A stretch of DNA of 64,000 nt from the NCBI GenBank assembly GCA_964536745.1, contig CAZHYL010000001.1, positions 76,961 to 140,960 of the forward strand. The letters run 5' to 3'. The translations under genes and the position numbers were made by a program. This document shows positions 1-8,502 of the stretch, piece after piece. Source of the stretch: an uncultured Candidatus Saccharibacteria bacterium (GTDB taxonomy: Bacteria; Patescibacteriota; Doudnabacteria; UBA920). The notes below the pieces were generated by a model. The model was not told where the DNA came from. It made no database searches and worked only from the letters and a program-made list of their open reading frames with translations. Each line of letters begins with the position of its first letter. Position 1 is the stretch's first letter.

Positions 1-2
1 AC

Positions 3-491
3 TCTCTTATCCGTTCACGAAACCGTGTTGAAGAAGCATGGTCAGATATTGAAGTTCAACTAAAGCGCAGATACGACCTGATTCCAAATCTAGTAAATAC
101 TGTAAAAGGTTTTGCTGCTCAAGAATCTGGTGTACTTGAAAGAGTAACCGAAGCTCGCACTAGAGCAATGGGTGCTAAGACCCCTGAAGAGCATGCAAAA
201 GATGAAAATATGCTTTCTGGAACTCTAAAAAGTTTATTTGCTGTAGCTGAAAACTATCCTGACCTAAAAAGCAATCAAAACTTTATGCAGCTTCAAAGTG
301 ATCTTACCGACACTGAAAATAAGATCCAAGCAGCTCGAAGATTTTACAATGGGAATGTTCGTGATTTCAACACAAAAGTCGAAGTCTTCCCAACCAATCT
401 TTTTGCTTCCATGTTAGGATTCACAAAGCGTGCATTCTTTGACATCGATGACAACGGACCAGAAAGCCAAAACGTCGAAGTAAAATTCTAA
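3..491 (+). CDS. lemA: LemA family protein (5'-truncated by window edge)
   Basis: Frame is open from position 3 (SLIRSRNRVEEAWSDIEVQLKRRYDLIPNLV...AVAENYPDLKSNQNF...RRFYN...FPTN), hallmark LemA motifs; directly upstream of htpX. Confidence 0.95.
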   Translation, partial: SLIRSRNRVEEAWSDIEVQLKRRYDLIPNLVNTVKGFAAQESGVLERVTEARTRAMGAKTPEEHAKDENMLSGTLKSLFAVAENYPDLKSNQNFMQLQSDLTDTENKIQAARRFYNGNVRDFNTKVEVFPTNLFASMLGFTKRAFFDIDDNGPESQNVEVKF

Positions 492-1388
492 ATGCTTACT
501 TATACAGAGATTTCTAAAAACAAAGCCTATTCGGTTTTGTTAATCTTTATTTTCTTATTGCTAATAATCGCAATGGGATTTTTCGCTTCGCAAATTTATG
601 GTCAACCATTTATTTTGGCAGGCGCTGTAATCTTTAGTAGTATCTCTGCTCTAATTTCTTACTATTATTCCGATAAAATCACTCTAGCAATTTCAGGGGC
701 AAAAGAAATTGACCTTAAAACCCACCAAGAACTCTACCAACTTGTCGAAAATTTAACCATCACAGCTGGACTACCCATGCCAAGGGTCTATGTAATAGAA
801 GACACCGCGCTTAATGCATTCGCTACTGGGCGAAATCCAAAAAATGCAGTAATCTGTGCGACAACTGGTCTTCTTCAAAAATTGAATAAAACTGAGCTTG
901 AAGGAGTACTAGCTCACGAGCTATCCCACATTGGAAACTATGATATTCGCTTTATGACCTTAGTTGTAGTACTCGTCGGTATTATTACACTGCTTGCTGA
1001 TTGGTTACTTCGTATTTCCTTCATCGGAGGAGACGATAATAACAACGGTAAAAATCCTGTGTTTCTAATCGCTGGAATTATTCTGATATTTATCTCCCCG
1101 ATTATAGCCATGCTTATTCAACTTGCTGTTTCTAGGAAACGAGAATTCCTCGCAGATGCTACAGGCGCTCTATTAACTAGATACCCAGAAGGTCTTGCTT
1201 CTGCGCTAGAAAAAATTGCTGGTGACCACGAGCCACTTGAAGCTGCGAACAAAGCCACTGCACACTTGTATATCGCTAATCCACTGAAAGATCATGAAAA
1301 AGATTCCCAAGGTTGGTTCTCTTCCTTGTTCAACACTCATCCACCAATTGAAGAACGTATAAAAAGATTAAGAGAAATGAATTTATAA
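492..1388 (+). CDS. htpX: Membrane zinc metalloprotease HtpX (M48)
   Basis: NAFATG, HELSH zinc motif, SRKREFLAD, THPPIEERI; lemA-htpX pair. Confidence 0.95.
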   Translation: MLTYTEISKNKAYSVLLIFIFLLLIIAMGFFASQIYGQPFILAGAVIFSSISALISYYYSDKITLAISGAKEIDLKTHQELYQLVENLTITAGLPMPRVYVIEDTALNAFATGRNPKNAVICATTGLLQKLNKTELEGVLAHELSHIGNYDIRFMTLVVVLVGIITLLADWLLRISFIGGDDNNNGKNPVFLIAGIILIFISPIIAMLIQLAVSRKREFLADATGALLTRYPEGLASALEKIAGDHEPLEAANKATAHLYIANPLKDHEKDSQGWFSSLFNTHPPIEERIKRLREMNL

Positions 1389-1409
1389 AAACACCCGTTG
1401 GGTGTTTTT
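1387..1409. terminator. Bidirectional intrinsic terminator htpX/recX
   Basis: AAAAACACCC-GTT-GGGTGTTTTT between convergent genes. Confidence 0.85.
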
Positions 1410-1413
1410 ATAA

Positions 1414-1896
1414 TCAGAATAATTTCACAACAGTATCCATTGCAAATCCCCGCGACATCAGCTTCCTCATTAATTTCTGCTTATCTTGGTAATCTAATTT
1501 TTTTAGAGCCTTGGAATCATTAATTTGTTTACTCACAAACCTTTTAGCGATTTCTAGTTCATCCTCATCCGTAACTAATTCTGAAAGTTTCTGCTCAATT
1601 AAACTTGCAGGAAGTTTTTTCTCCAACATTTTCTTTTTCATCATAAATCTTCCCCAAGTTTTATAATTTTTCATACTATTAATAAAAACTTCGGCATAAT
1701 TATCATCATCTAGAAATTTATCTTCTTTCAAATTGTTTATAACTTGAATGACTACCTTTTTACCATAACCACGCTTTACCATCTTTTGTTCAACTTCAGA
1801 AACAGTGCGCATGCTTAAATTAAGCAAGAATAAGGCATATTGCCATGCGTGATCATAATCATTAGGGTCTTGTAAAGTTTTTGGTTTCTTAAACAC
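1414..1896 (-). CDS. recX: RecX regulatory protein
   Basis: ALFLL..RTVSEV..K, FLDDDNYA, LMSRGF motifs typical of RecX. Confidence 0.85.
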   Translation of the reverse strand: MFKKPKTLQDPNDYDHAWQYALFLLNLSMRTVSEVEQKMVKRGYGKKVVIQVINNLKEDKFLDDDNYAEVFINSMKNYKTWGRFMMKKKMLEKKLPASLIEQKLSELVTDEDELEIAKRFVSKQINDSKALKKLDYQDKQKLMRKLMSRGFAMDTVVKLF

Positions 1897-1980
1897 AGAT
1901 TATTAAGAGAAAAAGAATATTTTCCCTGTTTACATGTTACAATTTAAGTGTCAGAGACGTTATTATAGTAGCAAACATTC

Positions 1981-2009
1981 TTGACATCAAACGAACAATA
2001 GATTATAAA
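1981..2009 (+). promoter_or_regulatory. sigma70 promoter of clpC
   Basis: TTGACA(1981-1986)-17 nt-TATAAA(2004-2009). Confidence 0.8.
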
Positions 2010-2013
2010 TAAA

Positions 2014-2040
2014 TTAGCAGTCTCACCTGTTGAGTGCTAA
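2014..2040 (+). promoter_or_regulatory. CIRCE element (HrcA operator)
   Basis: TTAGCAGTC-N9-GAGTGCTAA, one mismatch to TTAGCACTC-N9-GAGTGCTAA, between promoter and ATG 2048. Confidence 0.9.
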
Positions 2041-2047
2041 TAATACT

Positions 2048-4588
2048 ATGAATAACTTTGCTTTTATACTAGAAAGATTGTCCAGCCGAGCGAAAAATGC
2101 CTTAATTGCCGCTCAAATGGTCTCGGAAGAACTTCATCACGACCACATTGGCACCGAGCATTTGCTTTTCGGCGTTGTAGCTGAAAAGTCTAGCTTCGCA
2201 GGAGAAATCCTTCATAAATCTAAACTCTCCCCCGACTTAATAAAGTCTGAGTTAGAAATCGTTAATCAAAACAACGAAGTTGCAGTTTGGAAACCGATTC
2301 TATCCAGCAACCTTAAAACTGCGATTGAAAAGTCGGCAATTATTGCAAGCCAGTACGGTTACCAGTTTATTGGAACCGAGCATTTTTTATTTGGTCTAAT
2401 TACTACCGACCATAACAAGGCGCGTGTGATTTTATCTAAACTTGGAATTGATATTGGTGAACTAGAGCAAAACTTGGTAGCTGTTTTTGAAAATATTTCC
2501 AAGTTCCCAGAAATGCCACAAGATGGAACAGGGCCAATGCATCAAGATCCACATTCACATGGTGGTCCAACCCCAGACCCTCGTAAAGGTAATATGCTTG
2601 AATACTTCACTACCGACTTAACCAAGAAAGCTACTCAAGGAAATATAGATCCTGTAATTGGACGAAAAAAAGAAATTGAAAGACTCATCAGCATACTTGG
2701 TCGTCGAACTAAAAATAATCCAGTGTTAATTGGTGAAGCTGGTGTTGGGAAAACTGCAATCGTTGAGGGGCTTGCTTTAGCTATCGCCAACCGAGAAGTG
2801 CCAGATACCCTATTGGACAAAAAAATTATGTCTTTAGACTTAGCCTTAGTAGTCGCCGGTTCAATGTTCCGTGGTGAATTTGAAAATAGACTGAAGCAAA
2901 TTATCGACGAAGTTAAAGCTAATCCAAATGTAATCCTGTTCATAGATGAACTTCATACTATGGTCGGAGCTGGAGCCACAACAGGAAGTTTAGATGCGGC
3001 TAATATTCTAAAACCAGCTTTAGCTAGAGGTGAACTTCGCACCATCGGTGCTACAACTTTAGCAGAATACAAAAAGTATATAGAACACGACGCTGCATTA
3101 GAACGCAGATTCCAACCTATCTTAGTAGAAGAACCAAGTAAAGAAGAGTCCGTAGCAATCCTAAAAGGCATTCGCCCAAATTACGAGAAGCATCATAACG
3201 TTCACATTACCGATGAAGCTATTCAAGCTGCTGTAGATTTATCGGATAGATATATTCAAGATCACTTCCTACCAGATAAAGCTGTAGATTTAGTAGATGA
3301 AACTGCAGCCTTCTTAAGAAGCATCCACAGCAACTCAAAGCTAGCTAAAACTAAAAGAAAAGTGGAAATAGAATTAGAAGCCCTAGAAGAAGAGAAAACC
3401 AAAGCTGTACTATCTCAAGATTTTACAACCGCTCTTCACCTACGCAGCCAAGAAGAACGTCTTTTGGCTCAGAAGAAAGAGTTAGAATCTATGGCCAAAG
3501 AAGATACTGGCCCTGTATATTCCATTACTGCTGAAGATATTGCTCATACAGTATCAATGATGACTAAAATTCCTTTAAAGAAATTGGCTCAAAATGAAAT
3601 TGGCAAACTGACCAATTTAGAAAAAGTTCTAAAAACCAGAATTGTTGGTCAGGATGACGCAGTGACAGAAATTTCGAAGACAATCCGCCGCAGTCGCGCA
3701 GGCCTTTCCGATCCAAATCGCCCTATCGGTTCTTTCATGTTTCTTGGTCCAACCGGAGTTGGTAAGACAGAAACAGCAAAAATGATTGCCCAAGAAGTGT
3801 TTGAAGATGCTGATAGTTTGATTCGCGTAGATATGTCCGAATTCATGGAACGACATAATGTTGCTCGTTTAATTGGTGCTCCAGCAGGATATGTTGGATA
3901 TGAAGAAGGCGGTCGATTAACGGAAGCTGTGCGTCGCAAGCCTTATGCTGTGGTTCTATTCGATGAAATTGAAAAAGCTCATCCAGAAGTATTTAATATT
4001 CTCTTGCAGATTCTAGAAGATGGCCAGCTCACTGATGCTCAAGGTAAAAAAGTAAATTTTGCCAACACAGTAATTATCATGACCTCTAATCTTGGTATGC
4101 AGGAACTGAACTCTGCAGCAAAGAAAATTGGTTTTGCAGATAAAGACGAGCAAGAATCAGAAAAAATTAAACTAGAAAAAGAATACGAACGGATTAAGGA
4201 AGGTTTGGTGGAAAAACTTAAGAAAGAGTTACGTCCAGAGTTCCTTAATCGTATTGATAAAATAATCATTTTCCGACCACTGGGAATTACTGAACTGAAA
4301 AAAATTACTCAACTACAAATCGTAGATTTACAAAAGCGACTTGAAGCACAAGGAATTTCTCTTAAAACCACCCCTGCGTTGATTAAATTCATTACTGAAA
4401 AGAGTTTTGATCCTCTACAAGGAGCTAGATACATTCGTAAGAATGTTCAAGATCTAATTAGCGACCCATTAGCAGAGCAAATCATTCAGCAAAGCCTTAA
4501 GGAAGGTGCCACAATTACAGTTGGCCTAGATTCCGACAATGTCTCGTTCAAGATTGAACAGAAAAAAGTTGCCGCTGTTCCTGCCTAA
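2048..4588 (+). CDS. clpC: ATP-dependent Clp protease ATPase subunit ClpC
   Basis: Two Clp_N repeats (GTEHLL/GTEHFL), Walker A motifs GEAGVGKT and [11 protein letters not shown]-type middle domain, IGF loop; ATG 2048 preferred over TTG 2030, which lies inside CIRCE. Confidence 0.95.
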   Translation: MNNFAFILERLSSRAKNALIAAQMVSEELHHDHIGTEHLLFGVVAEKSSFAGEILHKSKLSPDLIKSELEIVNQNNEVAVWKPILSSNLKTAIEKSAIIASQYGYQFIGTEHFLFGLITTDHNKARVILSKLGIDIGELEQNLVAVFENISKFPEMPQDGTGPMHQDPHSHGGPTPDPRKGNMLEYFTTDLTKKATQGNIDPVIGRKKEIERLISILGRRTKNNPVLIGEAGVGKTAIVEGLALAIANREVPDTLLDKKIMSLDLALVVAGSMFRGEFENRLKQIIDEVKANPNVILFIDELHTMVGAGATTGSLDAANILKPALARGELRTIGATTLAEYKKYIEHDAALERRFQPILVEEPSKEESVAILKGIRPNYEKHHNVHITDEAIQAAVDLSDRYIQDHFLPDKAVDLVDETAAFLRSIHSNSKLAKTKRKVEIELEALEEEKTKAVLSQDFTTALHLRSQEERLLAQKKELESMAKEDTGPVYSITAEDIAHTVSMMTKIPLKKLAQNEIGKLTNLEKVLKTRIVGQDDAVTEISKTIRRSRAGLSDPNRPIGSFMFLGPTGVGKTETAKMIAQEVFEDADSLIRVDMSEFMERHNVARLIGAPAGYVGYEEGGRLTEAVRRKPYAVVLFDEIEKAHPEVFNILLQILEDGQLTDAQGKKVNFANTVIIMTSNLGMQELNSAAKKIGFADKDEQESEKIKLEKEYERIKEGLVEKLKKELRPEFLNRIDKIIIFRPLGITELKKITQLQIVDLQKRLEAQGISLKTTPALIKFITEKSFDPLQGARYIRKNVQDLISDPLAEQIIQQSLKEGATITVGLDSDNVSFKIEQKKVAAVPA

Positions 4589-4600
4589 AAATTACTATCA

Positions 4601-4628
4601 TAAAAAACTGCCTTATGGCAGTTTTTTA
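4601..4628 (+). terminator. Intrinsic terminator after clpC
   Basis: AAAAAACTGCC-TTAT-GGCAGTTTTTT. Confidence 0.85.
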
Positions 4629-4667
4629 TTTATGAATTCTTGAACCTGTCGTTGCTAAACTGAAAGT

Positions 4668-5339
4668 ATGAAAATCTTAGATATACTTTTTCCAAAACAA
4701 TGCTTGGGTTGTGCCGCTTGGGACAGCTACCTTTGCCAAAGTTGTGTTCAAAACTTAAGATGCACAAATCATCAAAGATGTATTGTCTGTCAAAAACCTT
4801 CACTCTTTGGTTATACTCATGAAAAATGCCTTTCTAAAAACTCACCGAATAGACTAATTACAATCTTTAGCTACAATCAAACAATCGTTGCCAAAATAAT
4901 CAACAATGCAAAAACTTCTTACGCAACAGATTTAATACAGGACTTTAGTGTCATCGCCTTCAAATTTCTTAAAATCACACATCCGCAATTTCATCAATTT
5001 ACAATTTCTGCTATTCCAATTACAAGACCCATTCGGCGTTTTAGAGGTTTTAACCATTCAGAAATAATAGGAATAGAGGCTTCAAAGTACTCTGGGCTAC
5101 CAATAGACAATCTACTTCTAAAAATTAAGCCAACCAAACCACAAAAAAGTCTAAACAAATACAAAAGAAGCTTAAATTTAAAAAACTGTTTTAGACTAAA
5201 GAGTTTAGAATGTTTACCAAGCCATGTCCTTCTAATCGACGATGTAACTACCACAGGAACAACACTACTAGAAGCAACAAAGGTTTTAAAAATGGCCGGT
5301 GTTAAGGTTGTCTGGTGTCTCGCGCTTGCTCAAGACTAA
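4668..5339 (+). CDS. comF: ComF family competence protein (zinc finger + phosphoribosyltransferase-like domain)
   Basis: N-terminal CxxC pairs, RGFNHS, LLIDDVTTTGTTL. Confidence 0.92.
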   Translation: MKILDILFPKQCLGCAAWDSYLCQSCVQNLRCTNHQRCIVCQKPSLFGYTHEKCLSKNSPNRLITIFSYNQTIVAKIINNAKTSYATDLIQDFSVIAFKFLKITHPQFHQFTISAIPITRPIRRFRGFNHSEIIGIEASKYSGLPIDNLLLKIKPTKPQKSLNKYKRSLNLKNCFRLKSLECLPSHVLLIDDVTTTGTTLLEATKVLKMAGVKVVWCLALAQD

Positions 5340-5378
5340 TTGACCAAAACCAATTTTTTAAGTAAAATAACTAAGTTC

Positions 5379-5472
<94 letters not shown>

Positions 5473-5531
5473 GTGGTTTGTTTGCCACCAAGGGTGATAA
5501 ATAAACCAGTGGAATAATCGTCTAATGAAAC

Positions 5532-5560
5532 AGAACGTGCCTAGCAGGTGCGTTCTTTTT
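5532..5560 (+). terminator. Terminator after tRNA-Ser(GCT)
   Basis: AGAACGTGCCT-AGC-AGGTGCGTTCT followed by T run. Confidence 0.75.
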
Positions 5561-5611
5561 ATTTTATTAGGCGTGCTGTGCTAAAATATAGCTAATAATG
5601 CAGTTAATAGC

Positions 5612-5639
5612 TGTAACAAACGCCCTTCAGGCACGTCTA
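5612..5639 (+). promoter_or_regulatory. ECF-type promoter motif upstream of the ECF sigma gene
   Basis: TGTAAC-16 nt-CGTC(TA), matches the SigX/SigM/SigW-type consensus. Confidence 0.6.
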
Positions 5640-5640
5640 T

Positions 5641-6216
5641 ATGAACGAACACACAAACATAAATAATAATCCCATTGGTAAACTTACGGAAATCCTGACA
5701 CTGGCTAAAGCTGGGAAACAAGACGCTTTGGCGGATATTTATGAAGCCTATTATGTAAGAATTTACCGCTTCATTTTTTATCGCGTATCGCATAAGGAAA
5801 CCGCTGAAGACCTAACAGAAGATGTGTTCGTAAAGGCATTTGCTGGTTTAAAGAATCTAAGTCAACTTGATGCCTTTGAAGGCTGGCTCTTCCAAATTGC
5901 TCGTAATCTGGTAATCGATTATTACCGAAAGAAGAAGCAATTAGTGCCACTGGATTCAATAGAAAATACTCTTGAGTACGACACTAATGTTGTAGATATA
6001 ATCAACCTTAAAATAGAGCAATCGATTTTAATTAAAATTATTAAAGAGTTAAACGACGAACAGCAAACAGTAATTAAGATGAAGTTCCTAGAAGAATTAG
6101 ATAATTCTACAATCGCTAAATTACTAAACAAAACTGAAGGATCGATTAGAGTTATTCAACACCGAGCTATATCGAAACTAAAAGAGATATTTTTGGACAA
6201 AATCAATAAGCAATGA
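5641..6216 (+). CDS. ECF RNA polymerase sigma factor
   Basis: AEDLTEDVF, WLFQIARN..IDYYRK (region 2) and region 4.2 HTH IAKLLNKTEGSIRVIQHRA. Confidence 0.95.
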   Translation: MNEHTNINNNPIGKLTEILTLAKAGKQDALADIYEAYYVRIYRFIFYRVSHKETAEDLTEDVFVKAFAGLKNLSQLDAFEGWLFQIARNLVIDYYRKKKQLVPLDSIENTLEYDTNVVDIINLKIEQSILIKIIKELNDEQQTVIKMKFLEELDNSTIAKLLNKTEGSIRVIQHRAISKLKEIFLDKINKQ

Positions 6217-7340
6217 ACAACCTAGATAATACAATTCCAGATCAAATTTTCGAACAAGCACTTACCATGCATAAAAGCGGTAAGAGTATTTTAGAAATAT
6301 CTGATTCTTTTCCAGAGTATAAAGCTGAACTAGAAAGTTTATTTGAAGTTGTCAGTCTTTTAGACTCCATTCCAAAAACCCAGCCACCTACTCCCACTAA
6401 GACATATAGATTTGCTAAGAAAACTTCTGCGTGGTTTAAGTTTATAGAGCTACTTAGCTTTTACAGATTAGCTGCGGTTCCACTCGCATTCGTATTCGCT
6501 TTGGTAAGCTCGCTAGCTGTATTTTCTGCAGCAGAAAATAGTTTACCGGGAGACAGTTTATATTCCCTAAAAATTGCTGGAGAGAAAGCTAAACTGAATT
6601 TCACTTTTGATAAAGAAAAAATTGCTCAGCTTCATGTAGAACTTGCTCAAAAAAGATTAAACGAAGCTAAGCAAATTATTGCTAAAGATGACTCTGAAAA
6701 TGAACAAGAGGCTCTTGAATCACTTACCAAGCAAACAGAGGAAACAATTAGTACACTCTCTACCCTAGCAGCATCACAGGCAGTTTCCGAAAATAACTCT
6801 ACCCTTCTAAATAATCTGGTCGCTTTAAATAAAGAACAAAAATCTTTATTAGAGAATGACTCAGCGGTATCAGAAACAGCATTAAATCTCTCTAAATCTA
6901 CAGATAAATCTTTAGCCCAGTTACTTGCAACAGTAAACGAACAGTCGCTTCTAAATCTTCCAAATAAAATTTCTATCACCGGTACCATTAACGCGGTTAT
7001 AAATAATAAAATTACCTTAGAAAAAAATACTTTTACCCTAAACCCTGAAACAGTAATTACCAGTGCTGATGGAGAATTACTTACTTCTACTACAGATGTC
7101 AAAGGTAAGATAACCGTAATTGGTACCAGAGAAAATAATATCCTAGTCGCAAAGAAGGTAATCATCATAGATCCACTTGCAACAATCGAACCAGTCACTG
7201 CAACAGTTAAACCTACCCCAGTTCCAATCATAGTTACCCCAACCCCAGAACCAGTCCCAGAGGAAATTGAAGTACAACAGCCAAGTGAAGCCACTGCAGG
7301 GTTTATTGCAGAACCTGCAGATAACCAATACGCTCAATAA
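6213..7340 (+). CDS. Putative anti-sigma factor, membrane protein with DUF5667-like (and DUF5666-like) domain
   Basis: ATGA overlap with sigma gene, single TM, SLPGDSLYSLK motif, Pro/Thr-rich tail. Confidence 0.75.
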   Translation: MNNLDNTIPDQIFEQALTMHKSGKSILEISDSFPEYKAELESLFEVVSLLDSIPKTQPPTPTKTYRFAKKTSAWFKFIELLSFYRLAAVPLAFVFALVSSLAVFSAAENSLPGDSLYSLKIAGEKAKLNFTFDKEKIAQLHVELAQKRLNEAKQIIAKDDSENEQEALESLTKQTEETISTLSTLAASQAVSENNSTLLNNLVALNKEQKSLLENDSAVSETALNLSKSTDKSLAQLLATVNEQSLLNLPNKISITGTINAVINNKITLEKNTFTLNPETVITSADGELLTSTTDVKGKITVIGTRENNILVAKKVIIIDPLATIEPVTATVKPTPVPIIVTPTPEPVPEEIEVQQPSEATAGFIAEPADNQYAQ

Positions 7341-7420
7341 TTTCGTTGACGGATGAATTGCCTCCAAAAGGAGGCAAAGATTCGGAAATGAATGCACTAG
7401 TTGAAACACAATTTGTCAAA

Positions 7421-7454
7421 AAAACAGGCCTAATCTAGAGTACGGCCTGTTTTT
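7421..7454 (+). terminator. Probable terminator of the ECF operon
   Basis: AAAACAGGCC...GGCCTGTTTT stem. Confidence 0.65.
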
Positions 7455-7500
7455 GATTTATTCAAAAAATTGCTATAATTATTTGGTAATCCCTTAACTG

Positions 7501-7588
7501 GGAGAGGTCGCATAGTGGTTTAGTGCAACGGTCTTGAAAACCGTCAGGTCTAAAAGCCTCGAGGGTTCGAATCCCTCCCTCTCCGCCA
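7501..7588 (+). tRNA. tRNA-Ser (TGA)
   Basis: Cloverleaf with ACGGT-CTTGAAA-ACCGT anticodon arm, variable arm, CCA; extended -10 TGcTATAAT at 7471-7479. Confidence 0.97.
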
Positions 7589-7613
7589 TGGAAACTTTTT
7601 ACTACATAAATCC

Positions 7614-7931
7614 ATGAAAAAGCGCGTCTATATAGTATCTTCAATAATTGCAGTTATCATATCTGGTATAGCAATTTGGGCATCACTGAATATACAGATT
7701 GGAAAAACCATTCCTAGCGAACCATGCTGTGACATCACTTACTATAAAGAATATGGATATCCATTCAATATTATGACTTATTCATACGATGGTAAAACTG
7801 GTGCGACACAAAAAGTTTATAATCAGAAAAATATTACCTATAATTTTGTTATTTATTTCTTACTAGCATCAGTAGGACAATTAGCTTTCTATAAATTTAT
7901 TTTACCTTCGTCACAAAAACAAACCCAATAA
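7614..7931 (+). CDS. Hypothetical two-TM membrane protein
   Basis: N- and C-terminal hydrophobic helices, YGYPF loop. Confidence 0.7.
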   Translation: MKKRVYIVSSIIAVIISGIAIWASLNIQIGKTIPSEPCCDITYYKEYGYPFNIMTYSYDGKTGATQKVYNQKNITYNFVIYFLLASVGQLAFYKFILPSSQKQTQ

Positions 7932-7932
7932 A

Positions 7933-8406
7933 ATGGCAAAAGAACCACTAATAGTTTTTGACTGGGAAGCGCCAGAATTTAGGCACTACCCAAAAAATCC
8001 AGCATGGTACATTACCTTGTGTATCATCGTAGTACTTTTGGTAGTCTATGAGATAGTTCAAAAGGATTATTTTGGTGCACTAAGTTTATTCCTGATTGGT
8101 GGGTTTGTTCTATTCTTTGCAAGGCAAACTCCGAAAGTTGTGCCTATGCAAATTAGCGATCAAGGTATTCACATTAACGACGACTTAATCCCATATCAAA
8201 GAATTAAAAGATTTTGGGTTGTAGATGATGGAATTCATAAAACTCTGAACATTGAGACCACTGCTTACTTAAACCACGAGCTTACCGTAGAACTCGAAGA
8301 AATGGATGCCGATGAAGTTCGAGACTTTCTAATAGATATTTTGCCTGAACACGAACAGGTCGAACCAACCACAGCGCAAAAAGTTGCGCATCGTTTTAAA
8401 TTTTAA
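7933..8406 (+). CDS. Conserved CPR membrane protein (two TM + PH-like domain)
   Basis: WEAPEF..K...WY, two TM helices, I...GI......PY..IK.FW pattern. Confidence 0.75.
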   Translation: MAKEPLIVFDWEAPEFRHYPKNPAWYITLCIIVVLLVVYEIVQKDYFGALSLFLIGGFVLFFARQTPKVVPMQISDQGIHINDDLIPYQRIKRFWVVDDGIHKTLNIETTAYLNHELTVELEEMDADEVRDFLIDILPEHEQVEPTTAQKVAHRFKF

Positions 8407-8424
8407 GAACCTGACAGTAACCTA

Positions 8425-8499
8425 CTCCTTGTAGCTCAACGGATAGAGCGCAAGCCTCCGGAGCTTGAAATGTAGGTTCGATTCCTGCCAAGGAGACCA
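8425..8499 (+). tRNA. tRNA-Arg (CCG)
   Basis: CTCCTTG/CAAGGAG acceptor stem, CAAGC-CTCCGGA-GCTTG anticodon arm, GGTTCGATTCC, CCA. Confidence 0.95.
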
Positions 8500-8502
8500 G
8501 AT

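Noticed and set aside
2635-4269. Multiple antisense ORFs over clpC (and similar ones over recG, radA, ileS, nrdA, pilX)
   Set aside because: Opposite-strand shadows of well-conserved genes with no expression signals
7462-7644. 60-aa minus-strand ORF (GGEGGIRTL)
   Set aside because: Antisense shadow of tRNA-Ser(TGA)
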